Positions 19,776 through 28,624 of a stretch of 64,000 nt of DNA are shown here, piece by piece. Position numbers and translations under genes: made by a program. Below the pieces are notes generated by a model. That model saw only the letters and a list, made by a program, of their open reading frames with translations. It had not been told where the DNA came from and ran no database searches. Location: the IMG/VR virus record IMGVR_UViG_3300024308_000302, positions 62,001 through 126,000 of that record, one strand, 5' to 3'. Positions within the stretch are counted from its first letter, which is position 1; each line of letters begins with the position of its first letter.

Positions 19776-20153
19776 TTATTGGCAAATACCAATGACTTTA
19801 TCAAGTGCTAACATTTGTGTACGAAGTGTTTGAATTTGGACATTGTAGAGAATCATGCCTTCACGATCATCAGTAATAAAGAAACGTTGTTCTGCTTGCT
19901 GGTCAAGACGTTGAAGTTCATGACTGTATGCACGACGAATAAAGTCAGCTTCTTCTTTGCTTGCCTTGATAGCAACCCCGTCATTCAATGCCGAGCGGAT
20001 AACTTTGAGAGCCTTGGTAGAATTTTTCGCAAAACTCTCTACTTTAGAGCTATCAATTCCCAATTTAGCATCAGAGATTTGCAGGTTGGCAAGAAATTCA
20101 ACGTAAGGAATGATGATAGTGCGTTCAATTGAAGCGGCGTTCAAAGGTGTCAT
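19776..20153 (-). CDS. hypothetical protein
   Basis: 125 aa ORF. Confidence 0.8.
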   Translation of the reverse strand: MTPLNAASIERTIIIPYVEFLANLQISDAKLGIDSSKVESFAKNSTKALKVIRSALNDGVAIKASKEEADFIRRAYSHELQRLDQQAEQRFFITDDREGMILYNVQIQTLRTQMLALDKVIGICQ

Positions 20154-20220
20154 GATTACTGTCTCTACCTGTTTGATTTGAATGTATTATATAGTAATTA
20201 AGGACGCGAAGCAACAAATA

Positions 20221-20454
20221 TTAGTTACAAATGCCCCAATGAGCCACGTCTACAGATTTACCATCAGTAATAACATGAGTATAAATTTTCTCAGCCATCA
20301 TAGAAGCATGATGCTCATCAGTAAGGTCTTTGTCATGACGATACTTTTCACCATTTTTCATTTTAATGATGCAAAAGAAAACTTGGCTTGCTGCAGCAAT
20401 GTAGGCTGATTCGTAATCAACTGTAAGCACATCGCTTGGAATGATTGCACTCAT
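20221..20454 (-). CDS. hypothetical protein
   Basis: 77 aa, AAGG RBS. Confidence 0.75.
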   Translation of the reverse strand: MSAIIPSDVLTVDYESAYIAAASQVFFCIIKMKNGEKYRHDKDLTDEHHASMMAEKIYTHVITDGKSVDVAHWGICN

Positions 20455-20537
20455 AAATGAATACCTTAAATCGTTTAATTGCCATTATTATAGCAAAAAA
20501 GCAACACCAAAACAAGCATTTTTAATAAATGGCAATT

Positions 20538-20768
20538 TTAATTTTCGTAAATATCAAAATAATCACCAAAGTGACGATCAAAAGTTGCCACAAGATGATT
20601 ATAATCTTGAGATTTCATATCCTTGAGAATATCTTCATAAGTAGCTGGATAAAGTTTTTTACCATAGCTACTTGCATATGCAAGGATCGCAAAAGCGTTA
20701 CCTTCTGGGCCAGATAAATTTAACTGAACTTTGTCAGGTTTTGGCATTGATTTAGTATGAATAGTCAT
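20538..20768 (-). CDS. conserved small phage protein
   Basis: LSGPEGNAFAIL...DY motif common in myophage hypotheticals. Confidence 0.8.
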   Translation of the reverse strand: MTIHTKSMPKPDKVQLNLSGPEGNAFAILAYASSYGKKLYPATYEDILKDMKSQDYNHLVATFDRHFGDYFDIYEN

Positions 20769-20817
20769 ATAACCTCCAAATAATTTGTATTATATCATAA
20801 AAAATAAGTATTGTAAC

Positions 20818-21282
20818 CTATCTTTTTTCAATAACGTCAAGACCATAAGTATCAGTTAACCAAGATAAATCTAACTTCCAGTCATATTTTGAGCGTTCTT
20901 CATATTCATTGAATGCTTTACCAATCAACTTGCCAGCTTGAGACATTGTTAGGGAATTAATAGCAGCAAAATGAGCTTTTGCAAGATCTGATTTACCTAA
21001 TACATTCGCAAACCCAATATGTTTAACCATATGACAATCAGGGCATAATGAAACCGTACCAGTCAACTTTTGAATTTTATTAACATCATCATATTCCCAT
21101 ACTTCATGACACTCAACAGGCCATTTAGGGCCAACAGAATTACAAATTTCGCAAACATGACCAGCTTTTTCAAAAGTATGTTTTTTTATCTTAGACCAAA
21201 TAGTAGAAGAAACATGATCTCGTACATTTGAAAACCAACAAGAACTTGGAACTAACTCAATAGTTAATTTTAATGATGACAT
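20818..21282 (-). CDS. HNH endonuclease-like protein
   Basis: CEIC...CHEVW...LCPDCHMVKH. Confidence 0.82.
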   Translation of the reverse strand: MSSLKLTIELVPSSCWFSNVRDHVSSTIWSKIKKHTFEKAGHVCEICNSVGPKWPVECHEVWEYDDVNKIQKLTGTVSLCPDCHMVKHIGFANVLGKSDLAKAHFAAINSLTMSQAGKLIGKAFNEYEERSKYDWKLDLSWLTDTYGLDVIEKR

Positions 21283-21393
21283 AAGAACTCCAATAGTTTG
21301 AAACAGTGTAACAATGCTTGAATTAAAATCAATAAGATAGAAACAAAAAACCCACTATGAAAGTGGGTGTCTTTTATTACCTTGATTGTTGAC

Positions 21394-22155
21394 TTACTCG
21401 CCAACAATCTCCACATTAGCTAGTTTTTTGGTATGGTTAATGAATCCTTGAATACCATCAGAGATACCTGAGTTGTATTCAAAGACAAAATCATTAAGCC
21501 CCGCAACTTGAGCCGCTTCGAAGTATTCGTACATTTGAGGAACATCCATACCAGTGGTATAAACATGAACAATTTTACCACCTTTTGCTTTGAAATCACT
21601 AAATACAGCGACAAGAGAATCTTTGTCATATTTCCGAAGGTTCAACACATAGGAGAAATTAGGGTCACGTTCGCCCAAATACTGCTTGGTACGAGCTTCC
21701 AGTTCTGGATCATTCTCCAAATTGATGTAAGTGGTGTTTTCATTGATTACATGAGTAGGTTTGAAACTGGTATCCAAAACACTGGTAGACAAGATTTCGA
21801 AGTCTTTATGCATGGTGCAGTATCCACCACGACGATTAACAAGAACTTCTTCACCTTTAATGATGTGCTCCAGCATGTTCATGAACTTCCGTTGCATGAT
21901 AGAATCCATTGCAAGGAGTGGGCGACCACCTTTAATCTGGCATTCAGCCAGAGCACCAGCCAAAATACTACCTTCTGGCGTTGCAGTAATCATATGATCC
22001 CAACGGCTAGGATTCGATTGGCTTTTCAGGAGTCGAGACGTTTGCTCAACTACTTTTTCTGAAACATGAGCGGAATACTCAAGCAGTTCATCCGGGTTAG
22101 ACAAAATGATCCATTCACCTTCACCATGAGGCATTTTAACAACTACTGTACGCAT
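21394..22155 (-). CDS. hypothetical protein
   Basis: 253 aa, AAGGAG RBS. Confidence 0.85.
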   Translation of the reverse strand: MRTVVVKMPHGEGEWIILSNPDELLEYSAHVSEKVVEQTSRLLKSQSNPSRWDHMITATPEGSILAGALAECQIKGGRPLLAMDSIMQRKFMNMLEHIIKGEEVLVNRRGGYCTMHKDFEILSTSVLDTSFKPTHVINENTTYINLENDPELEARTKQYLGERDPNFSYVLNLRKYDKDSLVAVFSDFKAKGGKIVHVYTTGMDVPQMYEYFEAAQVAGLNDFVFEYNSGISDGIQGFINHTKKLANVEIVGE

Positions 22156-22254
22156 TGGATAATACTCCTTGATTTAAGTAGAGCCATTATAGCAAAAAAC
22201 ATTAGACATAGAAAGCTAAATTTTCATGCCTAACGTTATTTTTAAGTTTTTTGA

Positions 22255-22686
22255 TTATGCACCAATTTGAATAGCATCTGGATGCTGTTCAAAACTGATT
22301 TTTTTATCTTCAACAACTTCTGCTGGTACATTATGTACGTTATCAAAATTGTGATACATTTCGAAAATACGAACAGGAATTTTTACTTCATTTGCAAAAT
22401 CAAGCAATTCTTGCATTTCTTGAAGTTTGGTATAAGTATTGCTTACAACAACAGAATGAGCGTCCAGCAGAGCATTTACAGCGTTCTGAAAACATGCATC
22501 TTTAGCGGCTTGATGGAAAGCAAAGTCAAATTTGTAGACGCCATTGGCATCAGTAAAGAAGCTATCATTTTCAAAATGCTTGTAACCTTTCTCAACAAAT
22601 TGTTTTGAAAAAGTCGTTTTTCCACTGCCGGGATGACCACGGACAATAACCAGTTCTTGATGAGAAGGAATAGATACAGAATTCAT
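22255..22686 (-). CDS. P-loop kinase (AAA_33 / polynucleotide-kinase-like)
   Basis: Walker A GHPGSGKTT, VVVSNT, HNVP. Confidence 0.85.
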   Translation of the reverse strand: MNSVSIPSHQELVIVRGHPGSGKTTFSKQFVEKGYKHFENDSFFTDANGVYKFDFAFHQAAKDACFQNAVNALLDAHSVVVSNTYTKLQEMQELLDFANEVKIPVRIFEMYHNFDNVHNVPAEVVEDKKISFEQHPDAIQIGA

Positions 22687-22751
22687 GATGAACACCTTAT
22701 GTTAATTTTTAAGAATTATAGCACAAAAGAAAGCTTTGGCCAACAAAAATA

Positions 22752-22926
22752 AAAAAAGGTCACTTGCAGTAAGCGACCTTATCATGTTGAAAGCCTTTTA
22801 AATAGGCTTTGGCACGGTTTTCCCCAATAGCTTGCCAAACTACTGAGAGCTACCTCGTCATCAGAGAATACGAGAGGTCATCCAATGCTGTGAAAATCCC
22901 TGAGAGTCTTGTGAACCATGCATTGC
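22752..22926 (-). ncRNA. candidate small RNA 1 (ORF-less promoter-terminator unit)
   Basis: TTGATC-17-TATTAT promoter; hairpins AAAGCCT/AGGCTTT and TTGGCA/TGCCAA; terminator 22758-22779. Confidence 0.45.
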
Positions 22927-22987
22927 AAAGCAATAATAACAAAAAAAACTGACAAGATCAATAAATATTTTCATGCTTTTTAGCAAA

Positions 22988-23249
22988 TAAAAAACCCCAT
23001 GCGTGAACATGAGGTTATTATTGTAAATTACATCAGACTATTGAGCTGTCGCAAACAGAACTCTTGTGCCAAAATCTCAAGATCCTTCCCAGCTAAGGAA
23101 GTAAATGGCAATTTCCCCTTACAGTACCCAATGGTCGAGGTATATCCCATCGGAATGAGAATCAGCACTATGATTCAGCAAATTACCAAATGCCAGTAAT
23201 GACAACAGTGAGTGCCTTACAAAAAACATGAAAGTTTTCCGTATTGGAT
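22988..23249 (-). ncRNA. candidate small RNA 2 (or decayed gene)
   Basis: Perfect TTGACA-17-TATAAT; several short hairpins; no RBS-led ORF; terminator 22993-23016. Confidence 0.4.
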
Positions 23250-23292
23250 TTCGCAATTATACAATAAAAATTAGATTGTGTCAAAATTTTAT

Positions 23293-23440
23293 AATAAAAA
23301 GCCACCGGAGTGGCTTAGTGATTCATATACCCATATAGTTCATCACATTATATGGAGCTACCATGTCGGCACTGGATCTGAATGGTCATCGGTCGCTACA
23401 AGTCCACCGAAGAATAAGCCTAAACTCATTCCGCGACCCC
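23293..23440 (-). ncRNA. candidate small RNA 3
   Basis: TTGCGT-17-TACTAT; +1 at GGGGTCGC pairing with GCGACC; 8 bp hairpin GAATGAGT-TTAG-GCTTATTC; terminator 23299-23316. Confidence 0.5.
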
Positions 23441-23482
23441 AAAAAAATAGTATCAAAATATATGGATTAACGCAAGCTTTTT

Positions 23483-23920
23483 TTAAAAATCACCATTGGC
23501 TTTATCAAAAGCTGCTTCAACCTGTTTGCGTACAGATTCTGGAAGAACAACATCACTGTTCAAAACACCACGAAGAGCCAGATACATATCAGAAACTGCC
23601 AGAATTTGCATAGAACCTTTTGAATATGTCATATATTTTGACAATTGTGCAATTTCGTCATCCGTAAAATCAAACCGCTTGGTTGCTTTTTTGAGTGCTG
23701 GGTAGATTTGATTCCAAAGATCTGGGTTGGATTCTTCAACACCAGAATCAGAAAGAGATTTGATCAATGCAATTAGCCGGGATGGTGTGCTGACAAACAT
23801 ATTGGTTCCCATGGAATTGCGAATGCAATGAACAAGATTTTCGTCATCAGAGTTGATGGCATGAATCCAATCCATCCGAACAGTAGCAGGGATATTGAGC
23901 CAAACTTTTTGATCTTTCAT
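23483..23920 (-). CDS. hypothetical protein
   Basis: Start MKDQKV. Confidence 0.8.
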   Translation of the reverse strand: MKDQKVWLNIPATVRMDWIHAINSDDENLVHCIRNSMGTNMFVSTPSRLIALIKSLSDSGVEESNPDLWNQIYPALKKATKRFDFTDDEIAQLSKYMTYSKGSMQILAVSDMYLALRGVLNSDVVLPESVRKQVEAAFDKANGDF

Positions 23921-23995
23921 GCGGATGCACCTATTTTTGAATATAGGCTTATTATACAAGAATAAGCCTGCACTGACAAGAGAATAAAGGTATCA

Positions 23996-25162
23996 TTAAA
24001 TATTTTGCATCATAAAGACTTCGCAATCCTTAAAAGACATATCAGACAATGATTTCTCCATGCTATCAATAAGCAAAGAATTAACAGTAGAATATACCAA
24101 ATCAAAAAGCTCTGAAAGATCATTGCTGTAAATAGTGGTTTTATTTATGTTGTCTTTTATTGTAAAAATGTGAAAATTATTAGATTCATTTTTATTCGAG
24201 AAGACGATAGCAAAATCACCAAATGAAATATCAAAAAATGCCCGCTCAAAATCCATAGGGTGACTTTCTGAAAAATTCATTGTAATGATATATTTTTTTG
24301 AAATAAGAGCTTGATAATTATGATGTAAATTAAAAGCTGTTATAAATTTTTCAAAAATAGAATTGTTCAAATGATTTTTTATAATATCAATAAAAAATGA
24401 AGTATTATTTGAAACAAGCATTAAATTGTTTTCGGCACAAAAACCTTGGCGTACACTATTTTGATAATTTAAAAGGTTAATAGCATTAAAAACATCATCT
24501 TTATTTGGATATGTAAACATGTCGTGTCTAGTATTTGCATTAAATGTTGATGATAAAGTCAAACTTTTAAATTGATCAATATTAGAAGATTTAACTTCTG
24601 GATAATCAAAACCTGTAATAATGGCAATTTGTTTTCTAAATAAATCAACAGCTTGAATTACTGCTGAGCTAATATCATCAGCAATTGGAGTTAATTGTTG
24701 ATTGATACTGCAATGAGCAGGTTTAACGATTACACCTTGCTTTGTAATGTCAATTAAAATATCTGACTTTAAAGACATAATTTGTAAACATTGAACACCA
24801 TTTGAATCAATAGACTTTTTAATAAAAATAGCATTAGTGTTTTCAAGAAAATAAGTAGGAACTTGTTCTTTTTTGTAAAGGGCCAGATTTCTCATTTTAT
24901 CTTTATTAAAAAAATAAGAATTAAAATCGTTAATCAATGAAATAAATGATGCACAAGCAAGAGAATCAAATTTAAACAGTTCCATCAAAATTGTTTTAAT
25001 ATCATATCCAATAAAAAATGAATGATCATTTTCTACATTATAATTATTTACATAAGATTGTTGACGAAGAGAAGTCATCCTACCTACCAAAGATAATTTA
25101 TGAGTATCAATAAAAGATTGAATACTATTTGCATAATTGGAAAAAATATTATCAAAATACAT
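23996..25162 (-). CDS. hypothetical protein (very AT-rich)
   Basis: 388 aa ORF. Confidence 0.85.
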   Translation of the reverse strand: MYFDNIFSNYANSIQSFIDTHKLSLVGRMTSLRQQSYVNNYNVENDHSFFIGYDIKTILMELFKFDSLACASFISLINDFNSYFFNKDKMRNLALYKKEQVPTYFLENTNAIFIKKSIDSNGVQCLQIMSLKSDILIDITKQGVIVKPAHCSINQQLTPIADDISSAVIQAVDLFRKQIAIITGFDYPEVKSSNIDQFKSLTLSSTFNANTRHDMFTYPNKDDVFNAINLLNYQNSVRQGFCAENNLMLVSNNTSFFIDIIKNHLNNSIFEKFITAFNLHHNYQALISKKYIITMNFSESHPMDFERAFFDISFGDFAIVFSNKNESNNFHIFTIKDNINKTTIYSNDLSELFDLVYSTVNSLLIDSMEKSLSDMSFKDCEVFMMQNI

Positions 25163-25238
25163 AAAAAATCCTATAGAATTAGTTTAAAAACAATTTTAAA
25201 ACAAAAAAAGACCACTAAAGCGGCCTTCTGTTATAATT

Positions 25239-25361
25239 TGGTGGTTTTTAGGGGTTCGAACCCATCAATTAAGCCGTAGCCCAAAAGTTCTCTGTTAAAC
25301 ATACCCGAAAACAAATTCCAAGAACTATCTAGATCATTCAAAGTCTTTGCCAGAGAAAACC
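25239..25361 (-). ncRNA. 123 nt tRNA-like RNA
   Basis: GGTTTT/AAAACC acceptor-like stem, GGGTTCGAACCC T-arm, ACCA end, own promoter and terminator; no cloverleaf middle. Confidence 0.6.
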
Positions 25362-25408
25362 ATAAAACATATACTATCAAAAATCGATCTTAGATACAAG
25401 CATTTTTT

Positions 25409-25693
25409 TCAAAATAGTGATTTAAATTCTGTCTCATAGCGAACACCATCAATATGTTTGAAGTTCTTATGAAAAGATTGCATTTTTTGAATGTTTTTAA
25501 AACCATTAGGCCAAACAACTACCCAATCACCAACATCCCATTCAAACCGATCAATAAAATCATCAATAGTCTGAACACATCGTTCTTGTCCTGATGCACT
25601 CACAACAACAGCAATTGGTTTATTTTCTTCGCCAAATGCAGGATACATCAATTCAAGAGATTTAACAATTTGATAAGCATTTACAATAGTCAT
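25409..25693 (-). CDS. hypothetical protein
   Basis: 94 aa ORF. Confidence 0.75.
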   Translation of the reverse strand: MTIVNAYQIVKSLELMYPAFGEENKPIAVVVSASGQERCVQTIDDFIDRFEWDVGDWVVVWPNGFKNIQKMQSFHKNFKHIDGVRYETEFKSLF

Positions 25694-25696
25694 TGT

Positions 25697-26173
25697 TTAT
25701 TCTTCCAAACGATCAATCAAAGCTTGTAGTGCAATTTTTGCAAAATAAGCTTGTGAAGTTGGACGGGCAACATATTTGTTATTTTCAATTTTGAATGTAA
25801 CAAAACTATTGTCAGAACGACGATAAACAGAAATATAGGCATAAGCCTTTTCAATTTCAACAGTAGGAGATACATAACCAGTTGTAGCGACACCAAAATC
25901 AGTATTCATCAAGGTAGAAATACCTTTCGCCATTTCTTCGGCTGTTTGAGCACTAACACAATTGCAAGCAGCAGCATTAGATTCATCAACACCCAAAATA
26001 TCAACTTTTTGACGAAGGTTGTAGGCAGTAACACCACCACTAAAATAAGCAGAAGAACCAGAAATAGCCGTCAAAAGAGCCTGAATATTGCCACCAGTCA
26101 GGCTTTCAGCAACTGCTAAAGTCATTTTGCGTTCAATAAAAATCTGCTGAATTTTTTCAATCTGTTGGTACAT
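25697..26173 (-). CDS. pncC: NMN deamidase (CinA C-terminal domain)
   Basis: AVAESLTGG, GSSAYFSGGVTAY..K, AEEMAKG, ATTGY. Confidence 0.88.
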   Translation of the reverse strand: MYQQIEKIQQIFIERKMTLAVAESLTGGNIQALLTAISGSSAYFSGGVTAYNLRQKVDILGVDESNAAACNCVSAQTAEEMAKGISTLMNTDFGVATTGYVSPTVEIEKAYAYISVYRRSDNSFVTFKIENNKYVARPTSQAYFAKIALQALIDRLEE

Positions 26174-26267
26174 GCTATCTCTCCTAAAAGAATTGTATTT
26201 TACAACATAATGCCATCAATATCAATTGAAAAATATTGTATTTGTATAAGATGTTTTTAAAACTGAC

Positions 26268-27026
26268 TTAATATTCTATAGCATCAATAACAGCAATCGC
26301 CTCAGAAATATCAATATTATCCAATGAAACATCCTTTCCATAATATTTAACAAGTTCTTTTCTCAAATTAGAATAATAAACTCTGTAGCGATATCGTGAA
26401 TCCACAACAGCCCAAAGAGTATCATTCAGATTATCAAAATCAATAGGTAAAATATCATTATCAGGGTGCCGTACTGATTCTGAATATTTTGGCACACTTA
26501 AATAATGAACGCCATCAATTTTTAATAGTGAGATAACAAATGATTTATTATAAGTTGGCACATAAATATCAAATCTTATACATGATTTTGAACTATCTGA
26601 GTACAAAGATTGTTTAAATCTAATATTCATATTTCTTTTACGAAGTCTGCGAGATTTAAACAAGAGTTTAGATTCTTGAAGTGTGAAGTCAAAAACTTTA
26701 TCTAAGTCAGAAATAAAATAACTATTATTGTCTTTGTATTGTTTGATATAAGGATCTCCATGTGAAAAAATCCCATAATCTACTGATAAGTTAATGATAC
26801 TTTGCACTAATTGTAATGCAATATCACGATCAACTAATGATAATGCAGGGAAATGATTCATGACATGAGGAATAATACGATATTCTTCCAATGACAAGCA
26901 GCCATGCTGTAACCAAAATGTGTTACGAACAGGATAACCAGATTCTTTATGAATTTTAATAATGAGTGGGTTACTCAAAAACGGGCCAGTGCCTGAGCAT
27001 TGAGCTACAAGGTCATGTAGGTGCAT
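26268..27026 (-). CDS. hypothetical protein
   Basis: 252 aa, GGAG RBS. Confidence 0.8.
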   Translation of the reverse strand: MHLHDLVAQCSGTGPFLSNPLIIKIHKESGYPVRNTFWLQHGCLSLEEYRIIPHVMNHFPALSLVDRDIALQLVQSIINLSVDYGIFSHGDPYIKQYKDNNSYFISDLDKVFDFTLQESKLLFKSRRLRKRNMNIRFKQSLYSDSSKSCIRFDIYVPTYNKSFVISLLKIDGVHYLSVPKYSESVRHPDNDILPIDFDNLNDTLWAVVDSRYRYRVYYSNLRKELVKYYGKDVSLDNIDISEAIAVIDAIEY

Positions 27027-27074
27027 ATAATCACTCCAAGAGTAGTGCTATATTAATAGAATATAAAATAAAAA

Positions 27075-27236
27075 TCAAGAAAAACCTAGCATTTTTTCAA
27101 GGCGAGAAATGCTGTGTTGAATAGATTTTAAGAATAAAGGGTTTTGAATAAAAATAAGCTGATACTCTGGATCTTGCAGTTGAGCTTTCAAAGTCTCAAG
27201 CAATACCAGAGCAGCTTCTTTTTCTTCGTAAGTCAT
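27075..27236 (-). CDS. 53 aa hypothetical protein (not in ORF track)
   Basis: MTYEEKEAALVLLETLKAQLQ... Confidence 0.55.
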   Translation of the reverse strand: MTYEEKEAALVLLETLKAQLQDPEYQLIFIQNPLFLKSIQHSISRLEKMLGFS

Positions 27237-27338
27237 GGCTTATGAAGAAAGCACACCCGGAACAAGAATATGTAAAAAATATTCATGATCACTACCGAGT
27301 GGTTTAATAAGTAATAAAGATGACATTAAAACTAAGCC

Positions 27339-27461
27339 TTATTTCTGGATAAAGTAGTTTTGTTGAAATTTGAAGCTTTTATCTTCTTTTGGGGCAAATG
27401 TCTTCTTCAACACTACAACTGCATTGCACAAACTTTTGAGAATGTTATCTTGTTTATTCAT
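27339..27461 (-). CDS. 40 aa peptide (not in ORF track)
   Basis: MNKQDNILKSLCNAVVVLKK...; AAAGGTGG RBS; TTGACA-17-TATAAT promoter. Confidence 0.55.
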   Translation of the reverse strand: MNKQDNILKSLCNAVVVLKKTFAPKEDKSFKFQQNYFIQK

Positions 27462-27596
27462 AGTTTATCCACCTTTGAAAAGAGTGTTTATTATACTACA
27501 TTTTGAGAAGTGTGTCAAAAAAAATGGCCATAACGTAGCTGTAGCGAGTACAGAAGAGGTTATGGCACTGTTGTTGGTTAACGCTTAGTTAAATCT

Positions 27597-27770
27597 TTAA
27601 TGGATTACTGGATATCCACTCAAATCAATTGGGTCAAAGTTTTCCGAAGAAATTTCAATGAATTCAACACCAGCAGCTTTAGCAACCTTCAGCATATGGT
27701 CACGATTTGCTTGTGCCCGAACCAGTTCCTGCTCAAGACGTTGATCCATTTGTTCTGCAGTAAGATACAT
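27597..27770 (-). CDS. 57 aa hypothetical protein (not in ORF track)
   Basis: MYLTAEQMDQRLEQELVRAQANRDH...; GGAG RBS. Confidence 0.7.
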   Translation of the reverse strand: MYLTAEQMDQRLEQELVRAQANRDHMLKVAKAAGVEFIEISSENFDPIDLSGYPVIH

Positions 27771-27826
27771 AATGATTCTCCAAGTGTTTATTTAATGTTA
27801 AATTGTACTCAAAAAGACAAAACAAA

Positions 27827-28564
27827 TCAACTGTTTTCTGTCAATTTATACTTGTTCAAAAAGATGCAAAAATCTGTATAATCAATATCTTTGTTTTTCA
27901 ATTCAAGAACATCATTTTCAAAATTATTGATAAAGAATTCAACTGGAACAAAATTAACATAGCTTTTTTCTTCAATATTGCCAAGCCAAGCAAGAGTTTG
28001 TTCACCCATCGTCTTAAAATCTTGAACAATACGAGACTTCAAGGTTTCAATAACCGAATTTTTGATGACAATATCATAGTCATCATTGGTATAAACAAAT
28101 TGATCTTTTTCAAAAATGAAACTAACAGGTTCAAAAACCGTATCAACGAAAAGATGTGGTTTTTCTTCTCGAAGTTTAGGAATTATACTGGCCGCTACTT
28201 CCAAAAATTCAACATATTTAAGTGTTTCCTTGAACTCTACAAAACTATCATATTCCATGCTATTGGTGCTAAAATCAAAGTTCAATTCTCGCAATGGGAA
28301 CGTAAAGACAGGCTCCATCACCGCGTTAAGCTGATAAGAAAGATGATGATACAGAGCATTCGCTTCTTGTACATTTTTATAAGTGAGAACTGGCTGGATG
28401 AAAGCTGCCGCCATTGAACTCAATTCAGGAATGTAATTGTCAATAAAGAGCAACAAATCAGATGGTTTGATTTTGATCTTTAAGCCATTACCAATTTCAA
28501 CATCATAAGAGAGGTTGGCAAGTTCAGAAGAATAACCATGTACTATTGATTTAGTGACAAACAT
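27827..28564 (-). CDS. hypothetical protein, paralogue of 28625..29362
   Basis: Shared DL..FI..Y(I/L)PE and C-terminal (C/A)F(L/M)NKY.L. Confidence 0.85.
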   Translation of the reverse strand: MFVTKSIVHGYSSELANLSYDVEIGNGLKIKIKPSDLLLFIDNYIPELSSMAAAFIQPVLTYKNVQEANALYHHLSYQLNAVMEPVFTFPLRELNFDFSTNSMEYDSFVEFKETLKYVEFLEVAASIIPKLREEKPHLFVDTVFEPVSFIFEKDQFVYTNDDYDIVIKNSVIETLKSRIVQDFKTMGEQTLAWLGNIEEKSYVNFVPVEFFINNFENDVLELKNKDIDYTDFCIFLNKYKLTENS

Positions 28565-28624
28565 AGCAAAACCTCTCATAGATATAATGAGAGGATTATA
28601 CACTTTTTCAATCTTATTGTATAG

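Noticed and set aside
22840-22915. TPP or SAM riboswitch suggested by CTGAGA and ATCAGAG words
   Set aside because: The words lie on the strand opposite the predicted transcript and the remaining consensus elements are missing.
27527-27566. Long interrupted hairpin GCCATAAC/GTTATGGC with inner CTGTA/TACAG as a separate RNA
   Set aside because: It is followed by a U-tract just downstream of the 57 aa gene, so it is adequately explained as a long terminator.
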